In this document: in pieces, positions 48,864-59,808 of the stretch | Layout of the letters: each line of letters opens with the position of its first letter | How positions within the stretch are numbered: position 1 is the first letter of the stretch | Origin: Azolla caroliniana | Taxonomy: Eukaryota > Plantae > Polypodiophyta | Reading direction: 5' to 3' | DNA: 64,000 nucleotides | Assembly (NCBI GenBank): GCA_043228905.1 | Contig: JBHGNT010000006.1 | Location: 15,004,001-15,068,000, forward strand | Notes under the pieces: model-generated | Told to the model about the DNA's origin: nothing | What the model saw: the letters and a program-made list of their open reading frames with translations, nothing else | Database searches by the model: none | Made by a program: the position numbers and the translations under genes

Positions 48864-49574
48864 GTGGAAGCCACACTTAAGGCATCTGAAGGCCGAATGG
48901 CCCGACTAGAAACCGATCTCCGCAATGCGCAAGCGAAATTGAAACGACAAGGGGACACCCACCAGGCATCCATGGCTAAGGCAGTCAACTCTAATGACGG
49001 GATGAAGCAACTACCATGCTTTGCCAATGGTGTACCTTTAACGGCGGTAATCGACACCGGAGCATCACTAACACATTTCTCCTTCGAAAGATGGGGACGC
49101 TTAGGTCGCCCAGACCTTGAAATATGCAATGACAACTTTTGTGGCTTCGATGGGTCCACATCATGTTGTCTTGGAACCTTCGTGTGTAACATCAAGACAG
49201 AATATAGTGACCACTCAATCAGAGTTCAGGTACTCCCACCTGAAGTGATGTACAACCAGTGCCTGCTCGGTTTGGATTGGTGTCACATAAGCAAATGTCT
49301 CCTGTCACCAAGCAAGAACATCGTCTCCTTCCAAACGGCAAATGGGGTGAGGTCCGAGAAACTCGTTACAACAACACTCAAATCACGTCCCACCGATCTA
49401 GATGAACTCCAAAGAGTGAAGCCGCCCAACCAAAAGGAACACGCACACCCACCGGCCATCCATGACCAGAGCAATGTTAACGTCAGAACAAAGACACCCG
49501 CACCAAGCAAATGGGTGAACATCTACGCGATTTTTGCTGAAGGACCACGCCGCGGAGAACGTGCTATTTGGTGA
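48864..49574 (+). pseudogene. Coiled coil plus second retropepsin-like aspartic protease, in frame with the integrase C-terminus
   Basis: ANGVPLTAVIDTGASLTHFS..CGFDGS..LG..CLLGLDW. It is in the same frame as GFINGSKLKCYY at 48783 with no intervening stop. Confidence 0.8.
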
Positions 49575-51252
49575 GTCAGAAAAGCACTCACAAATGCCCA
49601 AGGTTGGCACAAAGGCACCACTAGCTTCTGGATCTCGAAACAAAGCCGACTCCCCGCCCGCGACCGTACCATGACTACACGAGACACCCCACCACTGCGC
49701 ACATCGGTCAAATACCCCGCCCAGGTTAAGGCCATGGAAATCGACGGGACTAAACAGTTAGGAGGCCGAACACCCCATAAAAGTGCTTCACAAGCCCTCC
49801 CCGTCACCTCGACAAAAACGTCACGGGTCTGGGTCCTTAAAAATATACAAAGACCCTCGAACAACACTCGAACGACACACCCCCCACATCCATCCCCTTA
49901 AGTCTTCCCAAAAACTCCTAATTCCCCCAAACCGTCACGACACCCCCAGTGGACCCCCGTCCAACCCTACCGTCCACATACAGACCTTGGTCGCCTCACA
50001 GTTTCTTTAAACCCGTCCCCAACCTTATGCCATCCCAACCATCAACTACACGACCCATCTTCTCCTTCGACCTCTGTACCACGCCTGGTAGACCATAACC
50101 CCCCCTCCAATTTACGTATTAGTATTTCCGACCGTCGAGTTACCCTTTAATTTTAGGGGTAACATGAACGATTATTTTTATTATTTGTGGTCAAGCTATT
50201 TTTGGTTCAACTCGTTCTTTTTTGTATTACGTCACATAGTCGTCCCATTTTTGACTATTTGTTTTTTTATCTATAGTTGTCTCAGTTGTTTTATTCTTTG
50301 TTTTTGTTTTATTTCCTTGTTTTGATTTTGTTTTTGATTTTGTTTTTGATTGTTGTTTATGTATCAACGTCTTGGGTTTTTTTTTTATTGCTTTCGTGTT
50401 TTCTTTGTTGTTGTTGTTTTTAGGCTCGTCTCGGTTCGTTTTTTCTTTCTCTCTCTCTCTCTCTCTTTTACTTTGTTTCTGCTGTTTTTCTCTTTTTCCT
50501 CATTTCCCCTCACAACCCTTTCTTCTTCCTCTTTTCCCTCACGACCCTCTCTATTTTTTGCAACATTCTCCCTCCTCCCTCTGCGCTTACATTCCTGCCC
50601 CCGCGCGTTGCATGCTTCCTACCGCCGCCTCGTCTCCTCCACGTGTCTAACCACAACCTCCTCCTCAGGTAGGTCTCCTCCTCTATTTTCCTTCGAGCCT
50701 CGCCTTGCGAGCTACCTCTTCCCGTTTACATCCAGTCCTCACCTCCTGCATATTATCGCCTCTTCCCTCAGTAGGTCCCACCCTCTGTCGTCGATTGTTG
50801 TGTTTCATTACTTCGTTATTTTTCCCGCATGCGTCCTCGGTCCCTGACAACGCCATGTGCTTCGCCTCCACCTGTCACAATCATGATGACTGCCACGTCG
50901 TTTTCCCACCTCCTCCTATCGTTGGCAATTATCGGGCTGCTTCACGCACAACCTTGTCGCTTTTCCTTACCACCAGTTCGAGGAGTCTAACTCCTCGAAC
51001 CCCTCCCCGCCAGTTCGAGGACCCTAACTCCTCGAACCCCTCGCCACCGGTTCAAGGAGCCTAACTCCTCAAACCCCTCCGCAGTTCGAGGAGAGATTCC
51101 CTGCATGGTAACACTATCGATCCCTCAACCCCTTCAAAACCCCATCCTACCTCGCCGCAATACATCATTCCCATCAATAGGTCCATACAATACGCACGAA
51201 TTGGTACATCCCATTTAACTATACTAATCCTTTTCCGCATAGATTATAATCA

Positions 51253-52519
51253 ATGGCGTCCACTCAATTCATCAAACTCCTCCACGCGTACTATCCCGAC
51301 GTCGATTGCGGTTCCATGGTCATTTCGGTTGAGTTCAACAACACCCGATGTACTTACCGGGTATCCACGGCCGCCATGCAGCTCAAGTACCTCGAACCCG
51401 ATGTGTTCGACATCCTTTCCCGACTCGGCCTCAAGTTCTTCCTCGGGATTGGCCTGTGGGATGTACTGCCCGAGCTGGTCAACCGGTTCTTGGCAAGGTA
51501 CAACCCCGATACTGACCACGTTCATATGCACGCCTTTGCGGATACACCCTCCGTCGAATTCCAGTTCACTGTCGCCGACGTTTGCGCTATGCTGCATTTG
51601 CCGACGGATGGCATCCCCTTCCACACCACGAGGACCCCTGGTGTCATCCCCGCCATCATCCCCGCCACCTACATCAAATATTCTGGGCGCGAAGGTTGGC
51701 GTTACACCGAAACCCCCCCTCACCTCCATGACTGTTGTAGCGCGATTGCCCATATCGGCGACACCGCATCTACCGGCACCATCGCCCACATCACCGGAGA
51801 GTTCCTCAAGTGGGCACATGATCCTCATCTGGTCCGGTGGGCTCACAAACTTGTTTGACGGGTCTGAGAATGGTAAACACAACCCAAATCAGCAGTCAAT
51901 TTCACGTGGTTTCTCACTCGTTACCTATGCGCAAAGGTCAACATCGGGCCTCCAGTCCCTCCCTTCATACCGTGCCAAGAGCAACACCACAAGATAACCG
52001 TACCAGGTAAACCCGAGCGGCTCCACATCCTCAAATGTGACTTCTTAAGACAGGTACACCAAGGCGAACGAGAATTCCCACCAGTGCACAAACAACCCCA
52101 AATCATCCACGTGATGGCTGAAAATACCCTTGATACACCTTAGGATATCACAAATTGAGTCAAGGAATTCCAAACATGCGAATTCACTCCCACCGAAATC
52201 CAGGTCTTGTCTACTGCATTCCACTATGTGTCTCATTAGACCATGGCCACGACCCCTCGTACCCGCAGCTGCATCACTGAATCAATCCTTCATGACCTAC
52301 GGAACCCGACGGCCCCACCCCTCCCAACCTTGCCGACCTCTCTTCTCCGAGAACCCCCACCTACCTCCCATGGCACAAACACCCAACCACCACCACCCAT
52401 GACCACCGACGACACGCCGCAACCTTGACCCTGTAAGCTCGCCCGTCACAACGCCCCTAAAGCCGAAAACCCCCTTCTTCCTCCCGAGAACCCCAATCCA
52501 CCATCCCTGGGGGCTCCAC
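51253..52519 (+). pseudogene. Extra ORF resembling the plant mobile domain (PMD)/plant transposon protein
   Basis: Open from 51253 to 51858. PELVNRFLARYNPDTDHVHM..FTVADVCAMLHLPTDG resembles PMD ERWxPETHTFH..TLEDVxxLLGLPxxG. The frame continues past stops of the CGA>TGA and CAA>TAA type. Confidence 0.6.
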
Positions 52520-53154
52520 TATATATAAAGAGGTTATATCACGTGCGTTCGCGACACCTTTTATAAACCCCTTATACGTATGTTTTTTACTATTTTGGAT
52601 ACCCTTCTATAAAAATACAGTTAATAAAAATACCCCTTAGTGCTAATATATATTTTGACAACAACTCATTTTACATGCCCTTACATAGAAGACACATGTA
52701 TGTTTTATACATGTGTGTATGTATGTATTATATTGTATTACATATGTTGTATATTTTTTATGTATGTATGTGTTATGTGTTATGTGTGTGTTCATATGTA
52801 TGTATTGTATTGCATTGCATGTATGTATGTATTGTATTCCATGTTTATTTATGTATGTATTATATTGTATGTGTGGTATATCTTAGTTGTATAACATGTG
52901 TGTATGTATCTATGTGTTATCTGTGTAGGGGCTTGTGTCTATTTGCACCGAAATCATAGATATTCTTTTACTAATAAAGACTCAAGAGTTCATTATTTGG
53001 TTTGATAGTTATTCTATATTTAAACTTTATGAAATTCATCAACAATCATCATGAATACCCCATCACTACAAGAAGTTCCTTTAAATGCTTAATAACTTCT
53101 CACATCACAACATTATTTAACAAGGAAGAGATCAATATATGACTGATTCAATAT

Positions 53155-53260
53155 GTGAAGCTTATCAAGCATATATGTGCTACATGGGTCAAGCCACATT
53201 TACCATACATATCAATCACACTATTGGCAATACAACATCTCTTTCTAATACACCTTCTCC
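53155..53260 (-). pseudogene. PLS-class pentatricopeptide repeat (PPR) gene fragment
   Basis: The reverse strand reads EGVLERDVV / IANSVIDMYGKCGLTHVAH / DKL with two frameshifts. Confidence 0.75.
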
Positions 53261-54042
53261 TTAGATTATATAGTTTGCAACAAACAAACACATGCAAAAC
53301 CAACTTGCTATAATAATGACATACCTACAGTTCAAATAATGTTTCAAACAAACAATAATTCATTAGATGAAAGGAAAGTAATATATTACAACATATGCAA
53401 TGATTTATTTATCAATCTCCTTCCTTTACAAGTAGAAATGAGGACCTTGCATTCTCCTAATGATGTAGCACCAAGAAAGATGAATACAATGTTAGGTGAT
53501 AGTAAAAATCCACAGACACGGTTAGTGAATATTAAAGTGGGTGGGATTCGATGAATAAACACCCACTTGGCTTCAAAAATGTTCCTAATAAATGTCAACC
53601 TCCAAATCCAAAAAGTCATGAAAGGAATGAAGACCATCCATACTTATAGAGAAAGCACCGCCATCATGAGCTCCCCATGAGGCTTCTCAAGCCCAAAAGA
53701 ACTCTTCTTGCCTATGAAATGACAATAGCAAATACACAAATTAACATGGAAAAAAAGAACATGAGATGGAATGTTACCAATGCATGGGTGCATGCATTCA
53801 TACATGCATACAAATAGACACATACAAATACAACCATGCATATGCAAATACACATGCACACATATGAATATGGTAAAAAATTGATATGCTACTAAACCAA
53901 TAACCCTTGAAGAGTGGTTTGGATCCTAATGGCCACAAATTCTCGCCTTCTTGTAGCTCATCCTACACATCCTTGCTTCCCAAAGGAGGGCCACTTCGAA
54001 GAGGTCGATCACGCTCATGGCTCCTTCTCTCTTGCTCTCTTT

Positions 54043-54086
<44 letters not shown>

Positions 54087-54480
54087 GAAAGCAACTCACT
54101 TACTATTGATAACTCCAAAATGTAAACATACATACATCCATGTCATGAAGAAAAAACCCTTATAAATAAATTCCCAATAACCACTTTTTCAAAGCAACTA
54201 GAGTCAATAAAATGGAAAAAGGCCGAATACAAAATGCAAACAAAAAGACACTATTTCTACTCTAATAGTTGAATTAATTAATTAAAATCAAAACAATGAG
54301 AATCCCATATCATCATCGCTTTCTTCTTGTTTCTCTTTTACTTCTTCCTTCTCTTCTACAATAGGAGCACCATCACTACCCCCTCCCCCACCCCCAATCG
54401 ATGTTATTGCTCCACTAGACACAAAGCCGCCCCTCCTCCACCGCCAATGATTACCTGGAAGACCAATCCAAAAGCGCTAG

Positions 54481-54522
<42 letters not shown>

Positions 54523-54729
54523 CATAAGCAAGTGCTAAAGATTGAAGGAAGAATCAAAGGATCCCTCAAGGCAACCTCCATCCTCAGAAGCAAGGTGTTG
54601 CTTAACACTCCAAGAGTCACCGCCGCTTTTGCCGATGAAGGTGAAGACGGCTATGGATACAAGTAAACATTGTCTCTCTCTATCTCATTCCTCTCTAAGA
54701 AAAAGGAAGAGAAGAAGTTAACAAAGATG

Positions 54730-54765
<36 letters not shown>

Positions 54766-55266
54766 CTGACCGTTACGTGGCCGTCATCTACTGCCGCCGT
54801 CGTCTACAGCCGCGTCGCCTGTTGTCGCCGCCGTCTGCTGCTGCCGACGACGCCGCCTGTTGTCGCTGCTGCTGCTGACGCCGCCGTCGCCGTCGTCTGC
54901 CGACTGTCGCCGCCATCTGCTACCGCCGTCTCCGTCGTCTGTCGACGGTCGTCGTCGTCTGCTGCCGCCGTCTGCTGTCTGCCGTCTGCCGACTGTCGCC
55001 GTCGCCGTCACCGTTGCCATCTTCTTTCGTCTACCGTCGTTCTTGGGCGTGTTGTTTGCCGATTGTCGCCGTCCTCGATTCTTGGCCGCTTTTATCGTGT
55101 GTAGCCGTTGCCCTTCATCGTGGTACTTCACTTACCGGACGACGTCACCGGCTGAAACAAGCATACATGTGCTTCTACACTCATATCTAACGCGAAAGAC
55201 GTCGATGCTCGGCTAAGTTTTTTCTGTCCTTTTGTCTTTTTCTTTCTTTATCTTTTGAATTACAAG

Positions 55267-56058
55267 ATGACTTCTCGACGAAACCATAAGGAAACAAACG
55301 AAGAAACTATAAGTAAGGAAGATTTTTTAGATGTCCTTAACCGGTTCGTTAAAATGGAAAAATGGGTGAAAGAAATTGAAGCTGAAAAACAAAAAGATAA
55401 GGAAGAAAGAGAATTGCTTATTGCTGAAGTAGCGAAACTTAAGGTAGATAACGTAAACCTTCAAAAACGAATTAAGGACCTTGAAACATCTAGGGAAGAT
55501 GGTGAAATATCTTCTCTAGAGGATATTAAGGACGAGATAAAAAAAGTTAAAGAAGAGGTTAAAAGTGATATGGAACTAGCAAAAACTGGGTGGGTTGATG
55601 TAGTAAAACGTAATATTAAAAAAGAACTAAAGGACGAAAATATTGTAAACACTACCCTCGAGGAGGAAAAAATGCGTCAAGCTCGACGCCTAAATGTACG
55701 AGTTACTGGGCTCAAGGAAGGGGCATCTCCCGACGAAGATGCACAAACTTTGGGTAAAATGTTGGGATATGAAGCCCTACCAATCACTAAAACTTGGAGG
55801 GTAGGGCGTGACACCACTAGGAAAAGAGCTTTAGTTCTTCAATTTAAGGACTCGGAATCCAGAATCGCCTTTTTTAAAAAGAGACCAATTCTTCGAGGAT
55901 TGGGCGGGGAGCCCATCTACCTCGATGAAGACTTGACCAAGATGCAAATTGAGCATCGTAAAACTTGTATGCCGCGAGTCATACAAGCTCGTAAAGAGGG
56001 GCATCGTGCCTTCTACCGAGACGGACGGGTCATAATAAATGATCGCGTTGCCAATTGA
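55267..56058 (+). CDS. LINE ORF1 protein (coiled coil plus RRM/CTD-like, 263 aa from ATG)
   Basis: Heptad-rich N-terminus, then RRLNVRVTGLKE..RVGR..RALVLQF..IYLDEDLT..YRDGRVIIN, typical of Transposase_22-like ORF1. Confidence 0.88.
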   Translation: MTSRRNHKETNEETISKEDFLDVLNRFVKMEKWVKEIEAEKQKDKEERELLIAEVAKLKVDNVNLQKRIKDLETSREDGEISSLEDIKDEIKKVKEEVKSDMELAKTGWVDVVKRNIKKELKDENIVNTTLEEEKMRQARRLNVRVTGLKEGASPDEDAQTLGKMLGYEALPITKTWRVGRDTTRKRALVLQFKDSESRIAFFKKRPILRGLGGEPIYLDEDLTKMQIEHRKTCMPRVIQARKEGHRAFYRDGRVIINDRVAN

Positions 56059-56064
56059 CGGCGT

Positions 56065-59000
56065 GTGGCCCATGTGACAAATAATAGACTTAGGATGAGT
56101 TTATGGAATTGTAACGGTGCACTTTGGACACACCCTGGCCGTCTAGAGGAGATTTTGAGGGTATCTGATATACTTTTTTTGGTAGAAACACATCAAAGTC
56201 CAAATCGAGGATTACCACGAGTTGATGGTTTTCGTTGGGAATCTGTCTTTAGACAAACCTCACGTCGACACACTACTAGAGGGTCTGGAGGGGTTGCGAT
56301 ATTATTTCGGAGAGAGATACATAGTAGGATAGAAATACTAAAGAAAGACCCAAAAGCCCGTTTTATGTGGGTGAAAGTACTCACTAGCAAAGATCAGGTG
56401 ATATTTATTGCCATTTGTTACTTCTCCCCGAAAGGATCTCGGTATAATATGGCTGGAGTGGCGAGTATAGTTGATGAAGGAACGCCACATGGGCCTTCTC
56501 CATACGAACCTTTATCGGATGACATAATCCGATATTCTTCTCAAGGGGAAGTCTTCCTTGTAGGAGATTTCAATGCGAGAACCCAATCCCGCCAATGCAC
56601 AATATTTCAGATGGATAGAAACCTAGAAATGGTGAATGTCGACCCTTTAGCCTTAGGCATAACACGTACATCAAAAGATCAAGGTGCGGACGCCACAAGC
56701 TTTGGCCATCATCTGCTTGAACTTGGAAGCCGACACCAGATGATCATATATAATGGCTTAGCCAAGTGGCCGGGCTCGGAAGAGCTCACATGTTTCCCAC
56801 ATGGAGGAGGGGAAAGCACAGTTGATTACCTAATAGGACGCCCTGAAGCTACCCACATGGTTAGCTCCTTCCGGGTGGCCCCATGCCCCATTGGCGCAGA
56901 CCATAGCTTCCTATACTTTGAGCTAAAATGTGACGCCTCCCACGCCACCAACTCTAGTAAACCAACCCATCGCACTATAATACATTTCACGCATGAGCTC
57001 GCTGACATCTATTCTCAACATGTTCAAGCGCATCTCTCCTCTTTTGATTCTTCCTTGCCTTTAGAGCACCTCACTACAGAACTCACACACATCCTCCACT
57101 CAGCAGCAACTAGTAGCTTCCCATACACGAAAGACTCCAATCATAGTAGAGTTGGGTCTATGCCACAGAACAAGTGGTATGATGAGGATTGTAGAGAGTT
57201 GTATAGACAACTTAAAGTATCGCGGCTTAGTGGTACTATTTCCTCAGTACAGGCTCGCAAAGAGATGCACAAGATGACACGTCGTAAAAGACGGGCTTGG
57301 GAAGCATCTCAATATTGGGAACTCTACCATATGCTCATGAGTAGGGATTGTGCCCTCGCATGGAAGAGGCTACGGGAACCGAGACCACAAACACCCATCG
57401 AGGATCCCAATATTTGGCACACATATATTGAGAGACTCTACCATGTCCCGAACCAACCACCCATTCCAATGCCCTCCACACCTCGACCTACCATGGGGAC
57501 ACTTTTCACGACCTCTAGGGTCACGAAGGTCATCAAAAAATTACAACATAGGAAATCCATGGACCACACAGGATTGTGTGCCGAGCACATCATATATGCT
57601 CGAGAGTGCCTAGCCCCCCTTCTCGCTCTAATCTTCAACCGCGCCCTCGCCGAGGGTTTTCCACCACAATGGGCCATGAACACATTGGCCCCTATACATA
57701 AAGGAGGGGACTCAATGGACCCAAATACATATAGGACCGTTATGATAGGTCATACGCTCGCTAAACTATATGGTGCAGTAATGGAAGCGGAGCTCAGTGA
57801 TTATATGGAAACATTAAGTCTTCGAGCACCTGAGCAAGCTGGCTTTAGACGAGCCTTCTCCACTATTGACCATATCTTCACACTCAGGTGCTTAATTGAC
57901 CAGACAAAGGCTCGTAAGAAGAAACTATATTGTTGCTTTGTGGACTTTCGCAAGGCCTTTGACAAGGTTCCTAGGGAAAGGTTGTTTGATAGACTTAAGA
58001 GCTTGGAGATACCAGATGACATGATCTGGGCCATTTATGCCCTATATGAGCAAGTCTCTGGGTGTGTAAGATGCCCAGGTGGCCTATCCGATTGTTTCAC
58101 TAGCACCATCGGTGTAAAACAGGGTTGCCCCCTATCACCGACTCTTTTTGGGATCTACATTGATGAGATCACTGATTTTATTGCTCGTAAGGGAGGCAAG
58201 GGAGTAGCTATTGGGGAGACGCAAGTTAGTCTCTTACTTTACGCAGACGACATTGTCTTGCTCTCAGAGTCGGAACACGACCTACAAAAGCATCTTAATG
58301 CCCTGGATGACTTTTGTACACAACGAGGACTGGTAGTGAATTTAGCGAAAACTAAAGTCCTTATCTTTCATACATCGTCCCGAGTTAGGAGTCAATGTCA
58401 CCTAATCCTCTCTCATAAACCAGTTGAGGTAGTGGGATCGTATGTATACTTGGGAGTCACCTTTAGTGCTCGCTCAGGTAAATTCTCGATGACCCAGGCA
58501 GCCAAAGATAGGCTAACGAGAGGGTATGCATCCCTCTCACTCTTAGAGAGACAATGCCATCAGGCATACTTTCAAGAGCCACGGACTAAGGGATGGCTTT
58601 TTGACTCATTAGTGACCCCGTCCCTCATGTATGCATCAGTAGTATGGGCTCCAGGTTTACCATCTTTCATGTGGACGCAATTAGAGAGACCTTTAGTGAC
58701 GATGTTATCACGTCAACTCCGAAGCAAATCGACAGTACCACATGACATTATTAGAGCTGAGTTCAGTCTACCCCCGATGTTAGTAGAACCACTCTTTCAA
58801 GTGGTAGTTTTTATTCATCGGATACATAGCCAACCACAAGATAGGATATCCCGTCGAGCCTTTGAGGCGTCTCGATCTTTATATGTGTCTGGCGACACTA
58901 GCTCTTGGTATAGCATCGTGGTGAGTTGGCTCCGTGCGAACGGCATAGACATTAATAACCTACCTCCCCTTAAGTACAACCATGGGACTGATCAAACTTT

Positions 59001-59808
59001 AATCTCTCACGAAGATCGTAATAAAGTGATACGCCAAGAAATATGGCAAATTTACACTCGATACAAATGGATCACCCCACGAGAACCACTCCCATCTAAA
59101 ATGGTGTACTATAAGGAACACTTCTTGCGCTTCTCTACGCTAGGCTTTATTACACGACCAAGATATTTAGATACATTCTTATCAAATGCACTAAGGGTGG
59201 CCATTGGACAACTTAGGATATCATCTCACCAACTTGAGATTGAGAATGGTCGGGCTAATAGAGTCCCTAGAGAGGAAAGGTTATGTAGGTTATGCCACAT
59301 AGAGATAGAGGATGAGTATCACTTCACATGCAAATGCCCAACTTATGCCGAGATACGAGCGGAATACCAAGACATACTAGGACCCTCTCCCACCCTCTCC
59401 AAACTATTAGATACCCCGAATGTAAAGAGACTAGGTAGATATATCTTAGACCTAAAACAACATAGGGAGAATAAATTACAAAGTGCTAACGATAACCCTC
59501 TTAGTATTCATCACCATGTAACTAGTGTAATTTTTCAGGAACAAGGGGAGACGATGAATGTGGATACACTTACGCCGCTCGGCCTCTCCCTTGAGGAAGC
59601 AGAAATGCAAAGAACAACGAAACGCCCTCGAATGTTGGGCTTCAAAACAAGTCAACGTGGAGTAGACAAGATTAAGAAGATAAGGGAACGTGAGCTACGT
59701 CGACTAGAAGCTATGGTTGGGGTACCTCTTACATGGGGACCACGGGCCACATCCACATCGCAACCCTTTGACCTTCCGCTTCTCTTCGAGAGACTTGGAT
59801 GGAAATGA
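56065..59808 (+). CDS. LINE ORF2: AP endonuclease, reverse transcriptase, C-terminal Cys/His domain (1247 aa)
   Basis: APE motifs WNCNG, VETH, GDFNA, VDYL, ADH. RT motifs QAGFR, VDFRKAFD, GVKQGCPLSP, LYADD, YLG. C-terminal CRLC..EDEYHFTCKC. No stops; first ATG at 56095. Confidence 0.95.
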   Translation: MAHVTNNRLRMSLWNCNGALWTHPGRLEEILRVSDILFLVETHQSPNRGLPRVDGFRWESVFRQTSRRHTTRGSGGVAILFRREIHSRIEILKKDPKARFMWVKVLTSKDQVIFIAICYFSPKGSRYNMAGVASIVDEGTPHGPSPYEPLSDDIIRYSSQGEVFLVGDFNARTQSRQCTIFQMDRNLEMVNVDPLALGITRTSKDQGADATSFGHHLLELGSRHQMIIYNGLAKWPGSEELTCFPHGGGESTVDYLIGRPEATHMVSSFRVAPCPIGADHSFLYFELKCDASHATNSSKPTHRTIIHFTHELADIYSQHVQAHLSSFDSSLPLEHLTTELTHILHSAATSSFPYTKDSNHSRVGSMPQNKWYDEDCRELYRQLKVSRLSGTISSVQARKEMHKMTRRKRRAWEASQYWELYHMLMSRDCALAWKRLREPRPQTPIEDPNIWHTYIERLYHVPNQPPIPMPSTPRPTMGTLFTTSRVTKVIKKLQHRKSMDHTGLCAEHIIYARECLAPLLALIFNRALAEGFPPQWAMNTLAPIHKGGDSMDPNTYRTVMIGHTLAKLYGAVMEAELSDYMETLSLRAPEQAGFRRAFSTIDHIFTLRCLIDQTKARKKKLYCCFVDFRKAFDKVPRERLFDRLKSLEIPDDMIWAIYALYEQVSGCVRCPGGLSDCFTSTIGVKQGCPLSPTLFGIYIDEITDFIARKGGKGVAIGETQVSLLLYADDIVLLSESEHDLQKHLNALDDFCTQRGLVVNLAKTKVLIFHTSSRVRSQCHLILSHKPVEVVGSYVYLGVTFSARSGKFSMTQAAKDRLTRGYASLSLLERQCHQAYFQEPRTKGWLFDSLVTPSLMYASVVWAPGLPSFMWTQLERPLVTMLSRQLRSKSTVPHDIIRAEFSLPPMLVEPLFQVVVFIHRIHSQPQDRISRRAFEASRSLYVSGDTSSWYSIVVSWLRANGIDINNLPPLKYNHGTDQTLISHEDRNKVIRQEIWQIYTRYKWITPREPLPSKMVYYKEHFLRFSTLGFITRPRYLDTFLSNALRVAIGQLRISSHQLEIENGRANRVPREERLCRLCHIEIEDEYHFTCKCPTYAEIRAEYQDILGPSPTLSKLLDTPNVKRLGRYILDLKQHRENKLQSANDNPLSIHHHVTSVIFQEQGETMNVDTLTPLGLSLEEAEMQRTTKRPRMLGFKTSQRGVDKIKKIRERELRRLEAMVGVPLTWGPRATSTSQPFDLPLLFERLGWK

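Noticed and set aside
50350-50847. Hydrophobic Phe/Leu/Ser-rich ORF as an env-like membrane protein
   Set aside because: It derives from T- and CT-rich low-complexity spacer DNA, and there is no other support for it.
50976-51093. CRISPR-like palindromic repeats (also the 54-bp and 18-bp arrays)
   Set aside because: Spacers are absent, or are ~12 nt and similar to each other. There are no cas genes and the context is eukaryotic TE sequence.
52517-52521. CACTA transposon terminus
   Set aside because: There is no matching TAGTG or TIR at the right junction, and CAC is explained by the host sequence.
54670-55216. Ala/Arg/Ser-rich ORFs on both strands
   Set aside because: This is the GCC/GTC-rich LINE 5' UTR, which lacks stops because of its composition.
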